Positions 1 through 10,043 of a DNA stretch of 64,000 bases are shown in pieces (within the stretch, counting starts at the first letter, position 1; each line of letters starts with the position of its first letter). Both the position numbers and the translations under genes were made by a program. Location of the stretch: NCBI GenBank assembly GCA_030745655.1, contig JASLOE010000001.1, positions 5,351 through 69,350 of the forward strand. Direction: 5' to 3'. Under the pieces are notes generated by a model. That model made no database searches, was not told the DNA's origin, and saw nothing but the letters and a program-made list of their open reading frames with translations. The stretch is from Nitrososphaerales archaeon (GTDB taxonomy: Archaea > Thermoproteota > Nitrososphaeria > Nitrososphaerales > JACPRH01).

Positions 1-1503
1 GAGTTACATTAAGCTTATAGTCATTACCGTTTTCAGCTAAGTTCAATATTTCTATTGCTAGCTTGTTGAGATTAGCATCAGGTTCAGTTACCGAAAGTAC
101 TGCAGGTACACTTGAAGCTGGAGCATAGCTCGCTGCATCAAATGCTACGGATGCTGCAGTCCTCGATAGACTAAATGATGTTTCTGAGTAATGACTTGCT
201 GTAATCGAAACAGGGTCATAGTAAGTGGCTGCAACAGAAGCAGCACTACCCATAGGCACTACTATACCAAGAGCAGCAGTACCGTTCCCTGAAAGGATCG
301 GAGTGTTGCCCGTAGCATTATGCGTAAAGGATACTACACCTGTGAAATTACCAGAACTTATTGCGGTTTCAGCAACAGTAAGGTCTCCAACTAAGGAGGT
401 TGTCCCTACTGTAATTGCGAGATGAACTGTGAAATTGCTTATTGCTGCAGTTGTTCCAGGAGTGTCTCTAGCTAGACCATTTAGATTTCTGTCTTCATCA
501 AGTAATTGTACTGTTACACCAGTAGTGAATGTTCCTGTTGATGAAAGAGCACTGATAACACCATCTGTAGATCTTATTTGAACATCTACAGAGCCTGGTG
601 AGGCTGTATTACCGGTATCGTCATCAGTTACTGCGACGGTTATTAAATCACCATGTGCTTCTGCAATGGTGGTTAAGCCGACGCTTAAGGTAAAGATTCC
701 TGTGTTTACCCCGGTCTCTGTGAAGTTACCCATCCCATTTACAACTGTCTGTGCTACCCCATTCAAACTAAGGGCTAGACTAGAATAGTTGTAGTTTCGT
801 AGGGCTGATGTATCTGCTACAGTTGGATCCAAGTTTTCAGTTGGATCTGTGACCGTGATAGACAAAGTTGCATTTATTGGTGCTGTAGATCGATCAGCTG
901 TGACACTTGCAGCTTTTGTGTTTGCATGAGCAAGTGTGACAGTTTCACTTCTTTCTTGATATGTAATCACTACAGCTGTATCAGCAGTAGCGACTGTGAA
1001 CATTTGGATGAATGGCCATTGACCAGAATCAGTACACGCTGTACTGTTTATGGCCTCATCGCCACCTTGGCAGGAAGATGCTGAAGGTGCAACAGATGGG
1101 ATACTTGATCCAACTCTGTACCTATCAGAATAACCTGCGCCTCCTTCACCACCGTCTCCACCGACCCTTGAGTCTGCAGTTACGTTAGCTATGTAGGCAA
1201 CAAATGTTCCCGCAATAGGGGTTTTAGTCATATTGATTACTTCTTGACCGGCAAGATCTGTAACGACTGAAGGGAATGAACCGGTAGCGATACCAGCATC
1301 AACAACCCTCACCTCGATTACATTATCTTCACCAAGTTGTGTCTGCGTTACACTCAAGTAGGAATTCGCAGCTGCTGCAGGCATAACTACAAGTGGTATT
1401 AGGCCTACAAACATGCTGGTTATGAGTATAGTCGCAAGTGCGAGTGATGTCGTTTTCGTTATAATGTTAGTTCGTACTTTATTATTTACTTTAAGAGAAT
1501 TCA
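1..1503 (-). CDS. Large secreted or surface-anchored glycoprotein candidate (S-layer-like); the 3' end runs off the window
   Basis: The minus-strand frame is open from the ATG at 1503 to the window edge. Hand translation gives MNSLKVNNKVRTNIITKTTSLALATILITSMFVGLIPLVVMPAAAANSYLSVTQTQLGEDN... The N-terminus has a hydrophobic signal/anchor followed by an Ala run. The rest is T/S/A/G/V-rich with many N-x-S/T sequons. It is missing from the ORF track only because there is no stop codon in the window. Confidence 0.6.
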
Positions 1504-1726
1504 TATTACGTTCTCGGCAACTTAGCTTTCAACATCCATATTTAACGTTTATGGACAATTCATCCATCTTTTAGGCTGAATTACCTCTATTTCAGCCCTC
1601 TTTGCCTGAAACTCCTTAATAAAGGCTCAGAATTATTCAAATACATATAAGGGTTATGGTTAGAGAATCCAGTAACCTCTTCCCACACCAAGAAAAATAA
1701 AAGTATCTATTAAATAATACACTGAT

Positions 1727-2260
1727 ATGCCACAAAAACCTAAAGAAAAAATCCTTAAAATAGAAACAATCTTCAATGGAAATATTATAAATTTACAGAA
1801 AAGAACTATCAAACTTCAATCTGGAATAACTATTCAAAGAGAAATAATAAAACATCCCGGTTCAGCAGCCATAATCCCTCTTATCGACAATGAAACCATA
1901 ATTCTAATAGAACAATACAGAAGTGCACTAGGTAAGGTAATACTTGAGATACCTGCAGGAACATTAGAACATGATGAACAACCAGTGGACTGCGCAAAGA
2001 GAGAACTTTTAGAGGAAACAGGGTATCAAGCAACCAACTTTAGAGAACTTCTTGTTAACTACACAACACCAGGATATAGCGATGAAAAAATGTACTTCTA
2101 CCTAGCAACAGATCTTATACATAAAGAACAAAAACTTGAAAGAGATGAAAATATTAGAACAAGAAAGATAAAGTTAGACGAGATAAACCTAATGATTAAG
2201 AATGGGGAAATAAGTGATATGAAAACGATATGTGGAATATCTAGATTAATCTCTGAATAA
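1727..2260 (+). CDS. NUDIX hydrolase (ADP-ribose pyrophosphatase-like)
   Basis: NUDIX box GTLEHDEQPVDCAKRELLEETGY (Gx5Ex7REUxEExGU); 177 aa. Confidence 0.85.
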   Translation: MPQKPKEKILKIETIFNGNIINLQKRTIKLQSGITIQREIIKHPGSAAIIPLIDNETIILIEQYRSALGKVILEIPAGTLEHDEQPVDCAKRELLEETGYQATNFRELLVNYTTPGYSDEKMYFYLATDLIHKEQKLERDENIRTRKIKLDEINLMIKNGEISDMKTICGISRLISE

Positions 2261-2265
2261 CAAGA

Positions 2266-3435
2266 TTATACAAACGGATTTTCCCATTTTAGAATGACGT
2301 CAGCAACCTCAGGTCTAATCATTTCAGGAGGAGGTTTTTCACCTTTCAGTAGTATATCCCGAAGCTTGGTACCACTAAACTCCACCCTAACTTCAGGATC
2401 TGGGCATTCTAAATTCTGCGCAGGAGCATGTGGACAAGTTTTATCATTAGCTGAACTTCCACACGTTCTACAATAGAAGAATGATGGAAAAAATAGAGGA
2501 GATATACCTAAATCTGGAAACTTTTCAAAAATTTCTTGAGCTGCATACGGAGGATAGAAATTACCTACCCCGGCATGATCACGTCCCAAAATAAAATGAG
2601 TACAACCATAATTCTTCCTAATTATCGCATGAAAAATAGCTTCTCTAGGTCCGGCATATCGCATCTCAGTTTGAAGAATTGCTAACATTGCACGTTCCTT
2701 AAGATAATAATTATCTATTAGCACACGGTATGTTTGTAGAATTACTTCATCCTTAAAATCACCGGGTTTTTTTCTTCCAATTACTGGATTAATAAAAAGT
2801 CCATCCACAAATGTGAGAGCAGTTTTTTGAACATACTCATGACCCACATGCGGAACATTCCTAGTTTGAAAACCTACAATAGTTTTCCATCCCCTATCAT
2901 CAAAAGATTTTCGAGTTTCAGCAGGAGATAAATGATATCTCGGATACAGAGACTTAGGAGAATCAACTAGATTTATTGTTCCACCCAACAAAATATCTTT
3001 GAGTTTAAAGGCTTCAGTAACTCCAGGGTGATGCATATCAATAGTTCCGTATACTTTTTCAGCTAACTCTTTTTTATTGAATGAATATTTATCTTTAACA
3101 TCCATTGTTGCAATAAATTGGTCACCGGAGCTTAATCTCACAGTATCCCCTATAGATACTTTTTTGGCTTCTTCATCGGCGATATCAAGAATTATAGGGA
3201 TAGTCCAAGCCTTATCATTATTTAATCGCATAGAATCCATTACATTATCAAGGTCATTTTGAACTAGAAATCCTTCAAGTGGACTATAGACACCTGTTGC
3301 TATATTTTCAATCTCTTTTACTCGCCGTTGATTTACTTTTATTTCTAATAGCTCGTTTTTTTCATTTATTAGTTTCTCTTTTACATCATCTTTCAAAACT
3401 CTGTTAATTAGATTTCCACCATGCGGGTTAATCAT
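2266..3435 (-). CDS. sat: Sulfate adenylyltransferase (ATP sulfurylase)
   Basis: Motifs QTRNVPHVGHEYV and GRDHAGVG, with a PUA-like N-terminal part. There is a C-terminal Cys/His cluster (CRTCGSS..KTCPH). Confidence 0.9.
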   Translation of the reverse strand: MINPHGGNLINRVLKDDVKEKLINEKNELLEIKVNQRRVKEIENIATGVYSPLEGFLVQNDLDNVMDSMRLNNDKAWTIPIILDIADEEAKKVSIGDTVRLSSGDQFIATMDVKDKYSFNKKELAEKVYGTIDMHHPGVTEAFKLKDILLGGTINLVDSPKSLYPRYHLSPAETRKSFDDRGWKTIVGFQTRNVPHVGHEYVQKTALTFVDGLFINPVIGRKKPGDFKDEVILQTYRVLIDNYYLKERAMLAILQTEMRYAGPREAIFHAIIRKNYGCTHFILGRDHAGVGNFYPPYAAQEIFEKFPDLGISPLFFPSFFYCRTCGSSANDKTCPHAPAQNLECPDPEVRVEFSGTKLRDILLKGEKPPPEMIRPEVADVILKWENPFV

Positions 3436-3564
3436 CTGAAATTACACCTACTTTACTCTCAAATATCTTACAGTTCAATTAGTAAACACCAATCATATCC
3501 ATCCGAATATTTCAGCATATATATAACTATAGTTATAATCATCATTAATAAACAAACTCTTTAT

Positions 3565-3840
3565 GTGTTGCCTGCACATAGTATAGATGAGATAAAGTTG
3601 CCGATTTCATTCGTTCTTGTAAATAGTGATCCTGAAGTTGAGGAAGAACTGATGGAAGATCTAATAAAAGTAGAAGGAGTTAAAGAGGTTCATTCAGTCT
3701 ATGGAATATATGATTTTATTGTGAAAGTTGAAGCTGAATCTCTAGAAGAATTGAAAAACACAATAACTTGGAAAGTTAGAAGGTTAAGCAAAGTTAAAGC
3801 TAGCGTAACAATGGTTGTCGCTCAATCCCGTACATCTTAA
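3565..3840 (+). CDS. Stand-alone Lrp/AsnC ligand-binding (RAM) domain protein
   Basis: The C-terminal ~85 aa of ORF 3421..3840 (ISFVLVNSDPEVEEEL..VKEVHSVYGIYDFIVKVEAESLEELKNTI) resemble a RAM domain. The ORF's N-terminal part overlaps the sat start and looks non-coding. An in-frame GTG at 3565 lies downstream of an AT-rich TATA-like stretch near 3519-3545. The start is uncertain. Confidence 0.5.
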   Translation: MLPAHSIDEIKLPISFVLVNSDPEVEEELMEDLIKVEGVKEVHSVYGIYDFIVKVEAESLEELKNTITWKVRRLSKVKASVTMVVAQSRTS

Positions 3841-3968
3841 AAAGAGATAAAATATTAATACTTGATTTTTCATAACATTCTAAATACAGAATTTAATAAT
3901 TCAATTAAGGATAACTGAGACAACAATATTGTATCAATTCCCATTTGCTAAGAATTGCAATACTTATT

Positions 3969-4685
3969 TTAGTCTAATTTTGCTTCAATCAGTGCACCCC
4001 ATTTTGTCCACATTTCGTCTTTAAAACCACCACCCTCTGGAAGTTTAGAGACATTTACATTATTCTCTGGAATCAATTCTTTTAATAACGCCTCATAGTT
4101 CCTCCGCCAGTGTCTCTCGTAAACTCCAAGAGAATTTTGTGAGTCAAAAGAATGCCACTCTACAAAATAAATTCTCCGCCGAGCAATTCTGACCATATCA
4201 TTCACTACTTTCCTAATTTTATCTGGACCAATATACATCAGAACCGCATCTGTAAACACAATATCAAAACTATCATTCAAAAACGATTCGAGATCATCTG
4301 CTTTTCCCACTGATAGCTTTACGTTCAATTTACCTTCTTGTTTTAACCATTCGTTTCCGTTTTTTACCGACCATTTGTTGATATCTACACCAGATAAATC
4401 TGCTTCCGGAAATTTCTCAGAAAGCAGATATAAATTAGGTCCATCGCCGCAACCTACTTCAAGCAAATTCTTAATTTTACGAAATTTTGAGATTTTCGCA
4501 ACAAGAAAGCCTCGATGGGGATGATTTAGGGTAGTGGAACCACTTGCATAAGAAGAGGATTGGGAAGCCCATCGTCTCTCTTCAAATTTTGTACCAACAA
4601 GAAATCCTATAATTGACATGAAACCACGGTAAGTCCACCTCACAATTCGATACATTATGGCATACCTTCTTAGAAAAGATATCAA
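3969..4685 (-). CDS. Class I SAM-dependent methyltransferase
   Basis: Motif I LLEVGCGDGPN and a downstream FDIVFTDAVLMY. It is the last gene of the minus-strand glycan operon. The start may be an internal Met. Confidence 0.75.
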   Translation of the reverse strand: MISFLRRYAIMYRIVRWTYRGFMSIIGFLVGTKFEERRWASQSSSYASGSTTLNHPHRGFLVAKISKFRKIKNLLEVGCGDGPNLYLLSEKFPEADLSGVDINKWSVKNGNEWLKQEGKLNVKLSVGKADDLESFLNDSFDIVFTDAVLMYIGPDKIRKVVNDMVRIARRRIYFVEWHSFDSQNSLGVYERHWRRNYEALLKELIPENNVNVSKLPEGGGFKDEMWTKWGALIEAKLD

Positions 4686-4709
4686 TTGTTATCTCAATCT
4701 AGTTAAATT

Positions 4710-5816
4710 TCAATTATAGAAGTTGTGAAGAGAATCAACAACAAAGCCAACATCAGAATCACTGAGCTCAGGGTGCAACGGAAGTGAAAGAACTTCACGA
4801 GAAATCTGTTCTGTTAAAGGTAGATTAAAGTGATCTAAATTCAGAGCTTTGTGTTTATGAAGAGGTTTAGGCCAAGAAACTAAAATTTCTATCCCTTGAT
4901 TGCGAAGATAGGCCACAAGTTCGTCCCGATTATTGGAACGGATCACATAATTTTGATAGACATCATAAAAGTTACCTTCGTTTGGTGCAGGAGGCAATTG
5001 CAACGAAGCTAGGTCGGATAACCCTTCATGGTAGAGGTTTGCTATTTCTCTTCGTCGTTCTATCCATTTGGGTAGGTGATTTAGCTTAATTTTCAGAATT
5101 GCGGCATGTAAATTATCAAGGCGACTATTGAAACCATGAAACAGAAATGCTCCGGTTTCTCTATCTTGGCCATGATCTCTAAGCAAGAATAACTTCTTGG
5201 CGATTTCCTTGTTATTTGTAACTATCATTCCACCATCTCCAAGAGTTCCTAAGATTTTTGCAGGATAGAAGCTGAAACAACCTGTCAAGCCAAAACTACC
5301 AGCTCTACGTCCTTTGTATCGTGCGCCTACTGCTTGTGCAGCATCTTCAATAATATGGAGACCATGATCAGATGCTATTTTCATTATCGTATCCATATCA
5401 CAGATTCTACCATTAAGATGAACAGGAATAATGCCTTTTGTTTTCTCTGTAATTGCTGCTTCAATACAACTTACATCAATATTATGATATTGGTCGATAT
5501 CAACAAGAACTGGCTTTGCATTACATTGAGAAATTGTTGATACTGTTGCAGCAAAAGTATGAGATACTGTAATTACTTCATCACTTTCAGTAATATTAGC
5601 AGCTTTTAATGATAAAAAGAGAGCATCTGTTCCGTTCGCAACTCCTATAGCATACTTTACATCCAAGAACTTGGCGAAATTCTTTTCGAATTCTTTAAGA
5701 TGCCTTCTAAGGATATAGTCACCACCAATTAGCACTTCCTGAATAACAGAATCAACCTCCGATTTGATCTTTCTATAGTGCTCAGGAAAATCTACAAAAC
5801 GGACTCGATACCCCAT
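4710..5816 (-). CDS. DegT/DnrJ/EryC1/StrS-family PLP-dependent sugar aminotransferase
   Basis: Family-typical sequence: GVANGTDAL, IIEDAAQAVGA, and the SFYPAKILG lysine region; 368 aa. Confidence 0.9.
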   Translation of the reverse strand: MGYRVRFVDFPEHYRKIKSEVDSVIQEVLIGGDYILRRHLKEFEKNFAKFLDVKYAIGVANGTDALFLSLKAANITESDEVITVSHTFAATVSTISQCNAKPVLVDIDQYHNIDVSCIEAAITEKTKGIIPVHLNGRICDMDTIMKIASDHGLHIIEDAAQAVGARYKGRRAGSFGLTGCFSFYPAKILGTLGDGGMIVTNNKEIAKKLFLLRDHGQDRETGAFLFHGFNSRLDNLHAAILKIKLNHLPKWIERRREIANLYHEGLSDLASLQLPPAPNEGNFYDVYQNYVIRSNNRDELVAYLRNQGIEILVSWPKPLHKHKALNLDHFNLPLTEQISREVLSLPLHPELSDSDVGFVVDSLHNFYN

Positions 5817-5820
5817 TTTA

Positions 5821-6795
5821 TTACGACACCAATTCTCTAATCTTTGAAATTATTGTCTTAGATGTCGGATAATAAACTCCTTCCAAAGAAGAACTTGCTG
5901 GGGCAGGTGAATCTGGCAACGAAACACGCATAATAGGAGTTTTAAGATACTTGAATGCTTCATTCCCCACTATTGAAGAAACCTCTGCACCAATACCGGA
6001 ACTTGGCCAACTTGCATCAACCACGATAAATCTGCCTGTTTTTTTTACTGAATTTATTAAAATGTCCTTATCTAATGGTTTTACAGAACGCATATCAATA
6101 ACTTCAGTCTCGATTCCTTCATCGGCAAGGCTATCAGCAGCTTTAATCACCTCACCCACCATATATGAAGTTGCAGCTATTGTTACATCTTTTCCATTTC
6201 TTCTTAAAGCCCCTTCTCCTATTGGAACATTAAATAGTTCCTCAGGCACATCATCTTCACTCTCGTAAAGCCAACGATCATCAATATAGATAACAGGACC
6301 ATCATCCTCAACTGCTGAATTTAGGAGACCTTTGGCATCGTAAGCTGAACTAGGCATCACAACTTTTAATCCAGGAATATGTGTAAACATAGCTTGCAAA
6401 CTTTGAGAATGCTGAGCAGCTTGTTCGCCTCCTCTATTTATAATAGTCCAAACGGTCAACGGAACATTCAGCTGACCACCAAACATATAATGCCAACTCC
6501 CAGCGTGATTAATCAATTGATCCATAGCATAATGCATAAAATCCATTCTCGGAAAGAGCAAAACTGGACGCATACCTGCCAAAGCTGCCCCTATTGCCAC
6601 ACCTGTAATGCCGTTTTCAGAAACTGGAGTATCGATAACTCGATTAGAACCAAATTCACTTAGAAGCCCGGTAGTTGTACATCCAACATACCATGGACTA
6701 GTAATTCCTTGACCAATTAAGAATACTCGATCATCCTTCTTCATTAGCTGACGCAAAGTTTGATTTATCGATTTATTATATTGAATTCTTGTCAT
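5821..6795 (-). CDS. ThDP-dependent 2-oxoacid dehydrogenase E1 component, beta subunit-like (transketolase Pyr/C domains)
   Basis: VIDTPVSENGITGVAIGAALAGMRPV and a C-terminal transketolase-like domain; 324 aa. It starts 18 nt downstream of the alpha subunit gene. Confidence 0.85.
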   Translation of the reverse strand: MTRIQYNKSINQTLRQLMKKDDRVFLIGQGITSPWYVGCTTTGLLSEFGSNRVIDTPVSENGITGVAIGAALAGMRPVLLFPRMDFMHYAMDQLINHAGSWHYMFGGQLNVPLTVWTIINRGGEQAAQHSQSLQAMFTHIPGLKVVMPSSAYDAKGLLNSAVEDDGPVIYIDDRWLYESEDDVPEELFNVPIGEGALRRNGKDVTIAATSYMVGEVIKAADSLADEGIETEVIDMRSVKPLDKDILINSVKKTGRFIVVDASWPSSGIGAEVSSIVGNEAFKYLKTPIMRVSLPDSPAPASSSLEGVYYPTSKTIISKIRELVS

Positions 6796-6813
6796 TGATG
6801 AAACTCCTCTGAA

Positions 6814-7803
6814 TTAGCTAACTTTGAAAACATAATCAAGTAGACTTTCTTCCTGTGGAAATGGACTGTTCTTTGCAAACTTCAAGGATTCATCTACTTC
6901 TTTTTCAATTTCACTACGAATACTAAGCATTTCTGATTTTGAAAGAAAATTATTATCTAACAATTTCTTTTCCAGTCGTTTGATTGGGCCTTTTTCTTTC
7001 CAAAATGCTAATTCTTCTTTACTTCTGAGTCCTGTATTCAAATCATCATTAGGACCGACATGCCCACGCCACCTGTAAGTCATGCATTCGATCAAAGTAG
7101 GCCCTTCTCCTTGTCTAGCAGTATCTACTGCTTTTTTGGCTACTTTGAAAACTTCGGTTACATCATTCCCATCAACTTGAATTCCAGGTATTCGAAATAT
7201 CTCGGCTTTCTTCCTGATATCTGTGTCAGCTAAATGATCAGAAATGTGGACATGAGTAGAATAAAGGTTATTCTCACATACAAAAACAATAGGCAACTTT
7301 TTGAGTGCTGCAAAATTAAGAGATTCATACCAAACTCCCTCATTAGTAGCACCATCACCGAAGAAAGCAACCGAAACATTATCAGTTTTCCGAATTGAAA
7401 AAGATAAAGCTGCACCCACAGCAAGAGGAATAGACCCAGCCACAATTGCGGAACTCCCGATAAAACCCATTTCTGGAAAAGAGAGATGCATGGATCCGCC
7501 TCGTCCCTTGGAGCAACCTGTTACTTTACCGTAAAGTTCTGCCATCAAAGCATCCAAATTACAACCCTTAGCAATATAATGACCGTGAGAACGGTGTGTG
7601 CTGAAAACGTAATCATCAGTTCTAAGGGCAGCACATACCCCTGTTGCAATAGCCTCTTGTCCAATATATAGATGGCAAGGACAAATTATCTCATTTTTTC
7701 TAACAAGATCTCCAACCTTTTCCTCAAATAATCGGATCCTAAGCATAGATTTATACATAGCCTGCAATTGATTTAATGATAAATGCACCGTTCTTTCAGT
7801 CAT
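6814..7803 (-). CDS. ThDP-dependent 2-oxoacid dehydrogenase E1 component, alpha subunit-like
   Basis: ThDP-binding motif GDGATNEGVWYESLNFAALKKLPIVFVCENN; 329 aa. Confidence 0.85.
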   Translation of the reverse strand: MTERTVHLSLNQLQAMYKSMLRIRLFEEKVGDLVRKNEIICPCHLYIGQEAIATGVCAALRTDDYVFSTHRSHGHYIAKGCNLDALMAELYGKVTGCSKGRGGSMHLSFPEMGFIGSSAIVAGSIPLAVGAALSFSIRKTDNVSVAFFGDGATNEGVWYESLNFAALKKLPIVFVCENNLYSTHVHISDHLADTDIRKKAEIFRIPGIQVDGNDVTEVFKVAKKAVDTARQGEGPTLIECMTYRWRGHVGPNDDLNTGLRSKEELAFWKEKGPIKRLEKKLLDNNFLSKSEMLSIRSEIEKEVDESLKFAKNSPFPQEESLLDYVFKVS

Positions 7804-7821
7804 AAAAAAGAGCCTTCTTGC

Positions 7822-8784
7822 TCAAAGTGTTATTCGTTCTTCTGTTCCAAAATATTTATACTGCTGAATGAAAGTTTTTAATCCTTCTTTTATACCTATT
7901 TTTGGAGTCCATTTAAGAATCTCATTTGCTTTATTTGCGTTAGCTATGAGTCTGTCGACCTCTCCTACCCTCGGGGAAACATTTACGGGTTTTAGGTTAC
8001 TACTTTTCCCACATAACTCAATAATCAAATTTGCAAGATCTAAAATAGATATTTCTTTACCAGTTCCAAAATTGATTGGTTCTGAAAGAGGCTTTTCATA
8101 TTTGAAGAGCAAATCGTATGCGCGCACGACATCATCTATATGAGTATAATCACGTGTCTGAGAACCAGTTCCATAAATAATTGGAGGAAAATTGCTCAAA
8201 ATCCTCCTAGTGAATATTGAAATAACACCACCGTAACCAACAGACTTCTGTCGTGGCCCATAAACGTTAAACATGCGGGGAATAACTACATTCAATCCAT
8301 AAGTTTTAGCATATGCATAACATAGCCTATCAGCAGCAATTTTACTTGCACCGTAAGGGTGTGGAGCATTTAAGGGATGCTTTTCATCAATGGGAGCATA
8401 CATTGCTGAACCATATACTTCACTTGTTGAGGCGTGGATAACTTTTTTGACATCATAAAGCCTGGCCATCTCTAGAATATTTTGGGTCCCCATAATATTA
8501 ATATCAAAAGTAAGCTTAGGTTCAACATATGACCTATCCACATGGATTTGTGCAGCAAGATTCAATATGGAATCTACGTCTTTAATGACCCGATCAAGAA
8601 GATCAGAATCTCTAATATCACCTTTTACAAGCTTAAAATTCTTATAATCGAGTAAATGCTTGATATTTGTTAGACTACCACTTAGAAAATTATCAAGACA
8701 TATCACTGTATGGCCTTCTTTGATATACTTCTCGCAAAGACTACTTCCAATAAAACCAGCTCCACCAGTTATCAGTAACTTCAT
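7822..8784 (-). CDS. NAD-dependent NDP-sugar epimerase/dehydratase (extended SDR, UXS/4,6-dehydratase-like)
   Basis: Rossmann motif GGAGFIGS, ASTSEVYG, and catalytic YGASK. Confidence 0.9.
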   Translation of the reverse strand: MKLLITGGAGFIGSSLCEKYIKEGHTVICLDNFLSGSLTNIKHLLDYKNFKLVKGDIRDSDLLDRVIKDVDSILNLAAQIHVDRSYVEPKLTFDINIMGTQNILEMARLYDVKKVIHASTSEVYGSAMYAPIDEKHPLNAPHPYGASKIAADRLCYAYAKTYGLNVVIPRMFNVYGPRQKSVGYGGVISIFTRRILSNFPPIIYGTGSQTRDYTHIDDVVRAYDLLFKYEKPLSEPINFGTGKEISILDLANLIIELCGKSSNLKPVNVSPRVGEVDRLIANANKANEILKWTPKIGIKEGLKTFIQQYKYFGTEERITL

Positions 8785-9902
8785 CGTGTACTCCTTTTAG
8801 ATAAAACCTCATAAAGGTTTTCCATCTTTGCCATCTCTTTCAAATGATTTAGTTTCTTGTTAATGATGTCTTGGTTTATTTCCCCAAATTTGGTCCGTTC
8901 TTTTTCATGATCAATTAGATAGATAATATTTTCAGCTAATGAGTTAGTATCTTTGGCAGCAAATAGAAATCCATTAACCCCATTCTCCACCCATTCCTTA
9001 TTATCTCCAAAATCAGTTATAATAACTGGTACACCACAAGCCATTGCCTCTGCCGTACTTGCAGCTAACCCTGCATCTGATAATGATGAAGATACATATA
9101 TGTCAGATGAAGCAAGATATTTCGCGACTTCCTTGTTTGGAATTGAACCTATAAAGCAAATATTCTGGGAAACTTGAAGTTTTTCAGCTAACCCCCTAAG
9201 AAACATCTCTTGTGATCCTTCTCCAACAACCACAAACTTTGCTTTTGGAACTTTCTTTAACACTATCCTTACTGATTTAATTAAAGTTTCAACATCATAG
9301 ATAGGTTCCAGATTTCTAAGACTTATAATAATAGGTGAATTATCAAAAGTAAATCTTGCTCTTAATTCGGTACTTCTTTGCTTTGGATTAAATATCTGAG
9401 TATCTGTTCCAAAGTATATCAAATGTATTTTTGAATGAATTACTCCGAACTTTTCCAAAGATTTTATCATATGTTTTGCATCGCAGGTGATAAGATCTGC
9501 CTTTTTCAAAGCATATTGCACCATATATCGGAGTATTCGAAATTGACCTGGATTAATCAAGATATCTGATCCCCAAGTAGTTAAGATCATTGGATGATAA
9601 TTTGTTAATGCTGCAATGAATCCATAATGAGATGCATAATGTGCATGAACTATATCAGGCATTTCTTTCGCTAATATTCTTCTTACACTCAGAATTGTAA
9701 ATGGAGAGAAAACATATCTAAAAGCAGAATCTTTACCAGCTAAAGGCATAGGTATTTCCCCAACTAACTTATACTGTTTAATACCCATTTCATCATTCAG
9801 TTCGCTTGTTATTGCAAACACGTCATGCCCCCTTTTCTTGAAGTAATTGATCCATCTGATAGTGTGACAAGATTTACAATCAGCAAAATAGGCAATTTTC
9901 AT
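8781..9902 (-). CDS. Glycosyltransferase, GT-B fold (GT4-like)
   Basis: The C-terminal domain has the family-typical SLSDAGLAASTAEAMACGVPVIITD..EWV. It overlaps the SDR gene by 4 nt and is the first gene of the operon. Confidence 0.85.
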   Translation of the reverse strand: MKIAYFADCKSCHTIRWINYFKKRGHDVFAITSELNDEMGIKQYKLVGEIPMPLAGKDSAFRYVFSPFTILSVRRILAKEMPDIVHAHYASHYGFIAALTNYHPMILTTWGSDILINPGQFRILRYMVQYALKKADLITCDAKHMIKSLEKFGVIHSKIHLIYFGTDTQIFNPKQRSTELRARFTFDNSPIIISLRNLEPIYDVETLIKSVRIVLKKVPKAKFVVVGEGSQEMFLRGLAEKLQVSQNICFIGSIPNKEVAKYLASSDIYVSSSLSDAGLAASTAEAMACGVPVIITDFGDNKEWVENGVNGFLFAAKDTNSLAENIIYLIDHEKERTKFGEINQDIINKKLNHLKEMAKMENLYEVLSKRSTR

Positions 9903-10043
9903 TTACTCATCATTTATTCCTAACAGACCACTAATATTTGGTGACACGATTTATAACATTATGCGAACTGAGATCATCAATAAAGAATTTCCAACTCCCT
10001 TAAAAAGATGTTTTTATCTTCAGTGGATGTGCTGACATAAACT

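Noticed and set aside
1574-1597. Perfect 7-bp inverted repeat GGCTGAA-N10-TTCAGCC between the divergent S-layer-like and NUDIX genes.
   Set aside because: It could be an operator or a 5'-UTR hairpin. A single short palindrome in AT-rich intergenic DNA is not enough evidence without conservation or TSS data.
3421-3564. N-terminal 48 codons of ORF 3421..3840.
   Set aside because: The stretch overlaps the sat start codon region and the shared AT-rich promoter, and its sequence looks non-protein-like. The RAM domain begins later.
9965-10005. UGAUGA-containing stretch on the minus strand in the GT4/GT divergent intergenic region. UGAUGA-like strings near 20299 and 44600 were also examined as C/D-box sRNA candidates.
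   Set aside because: There is no properly spaced CUGA D/D' box or terminal stem, so they do not fit the C-D'-C'-D architecture.
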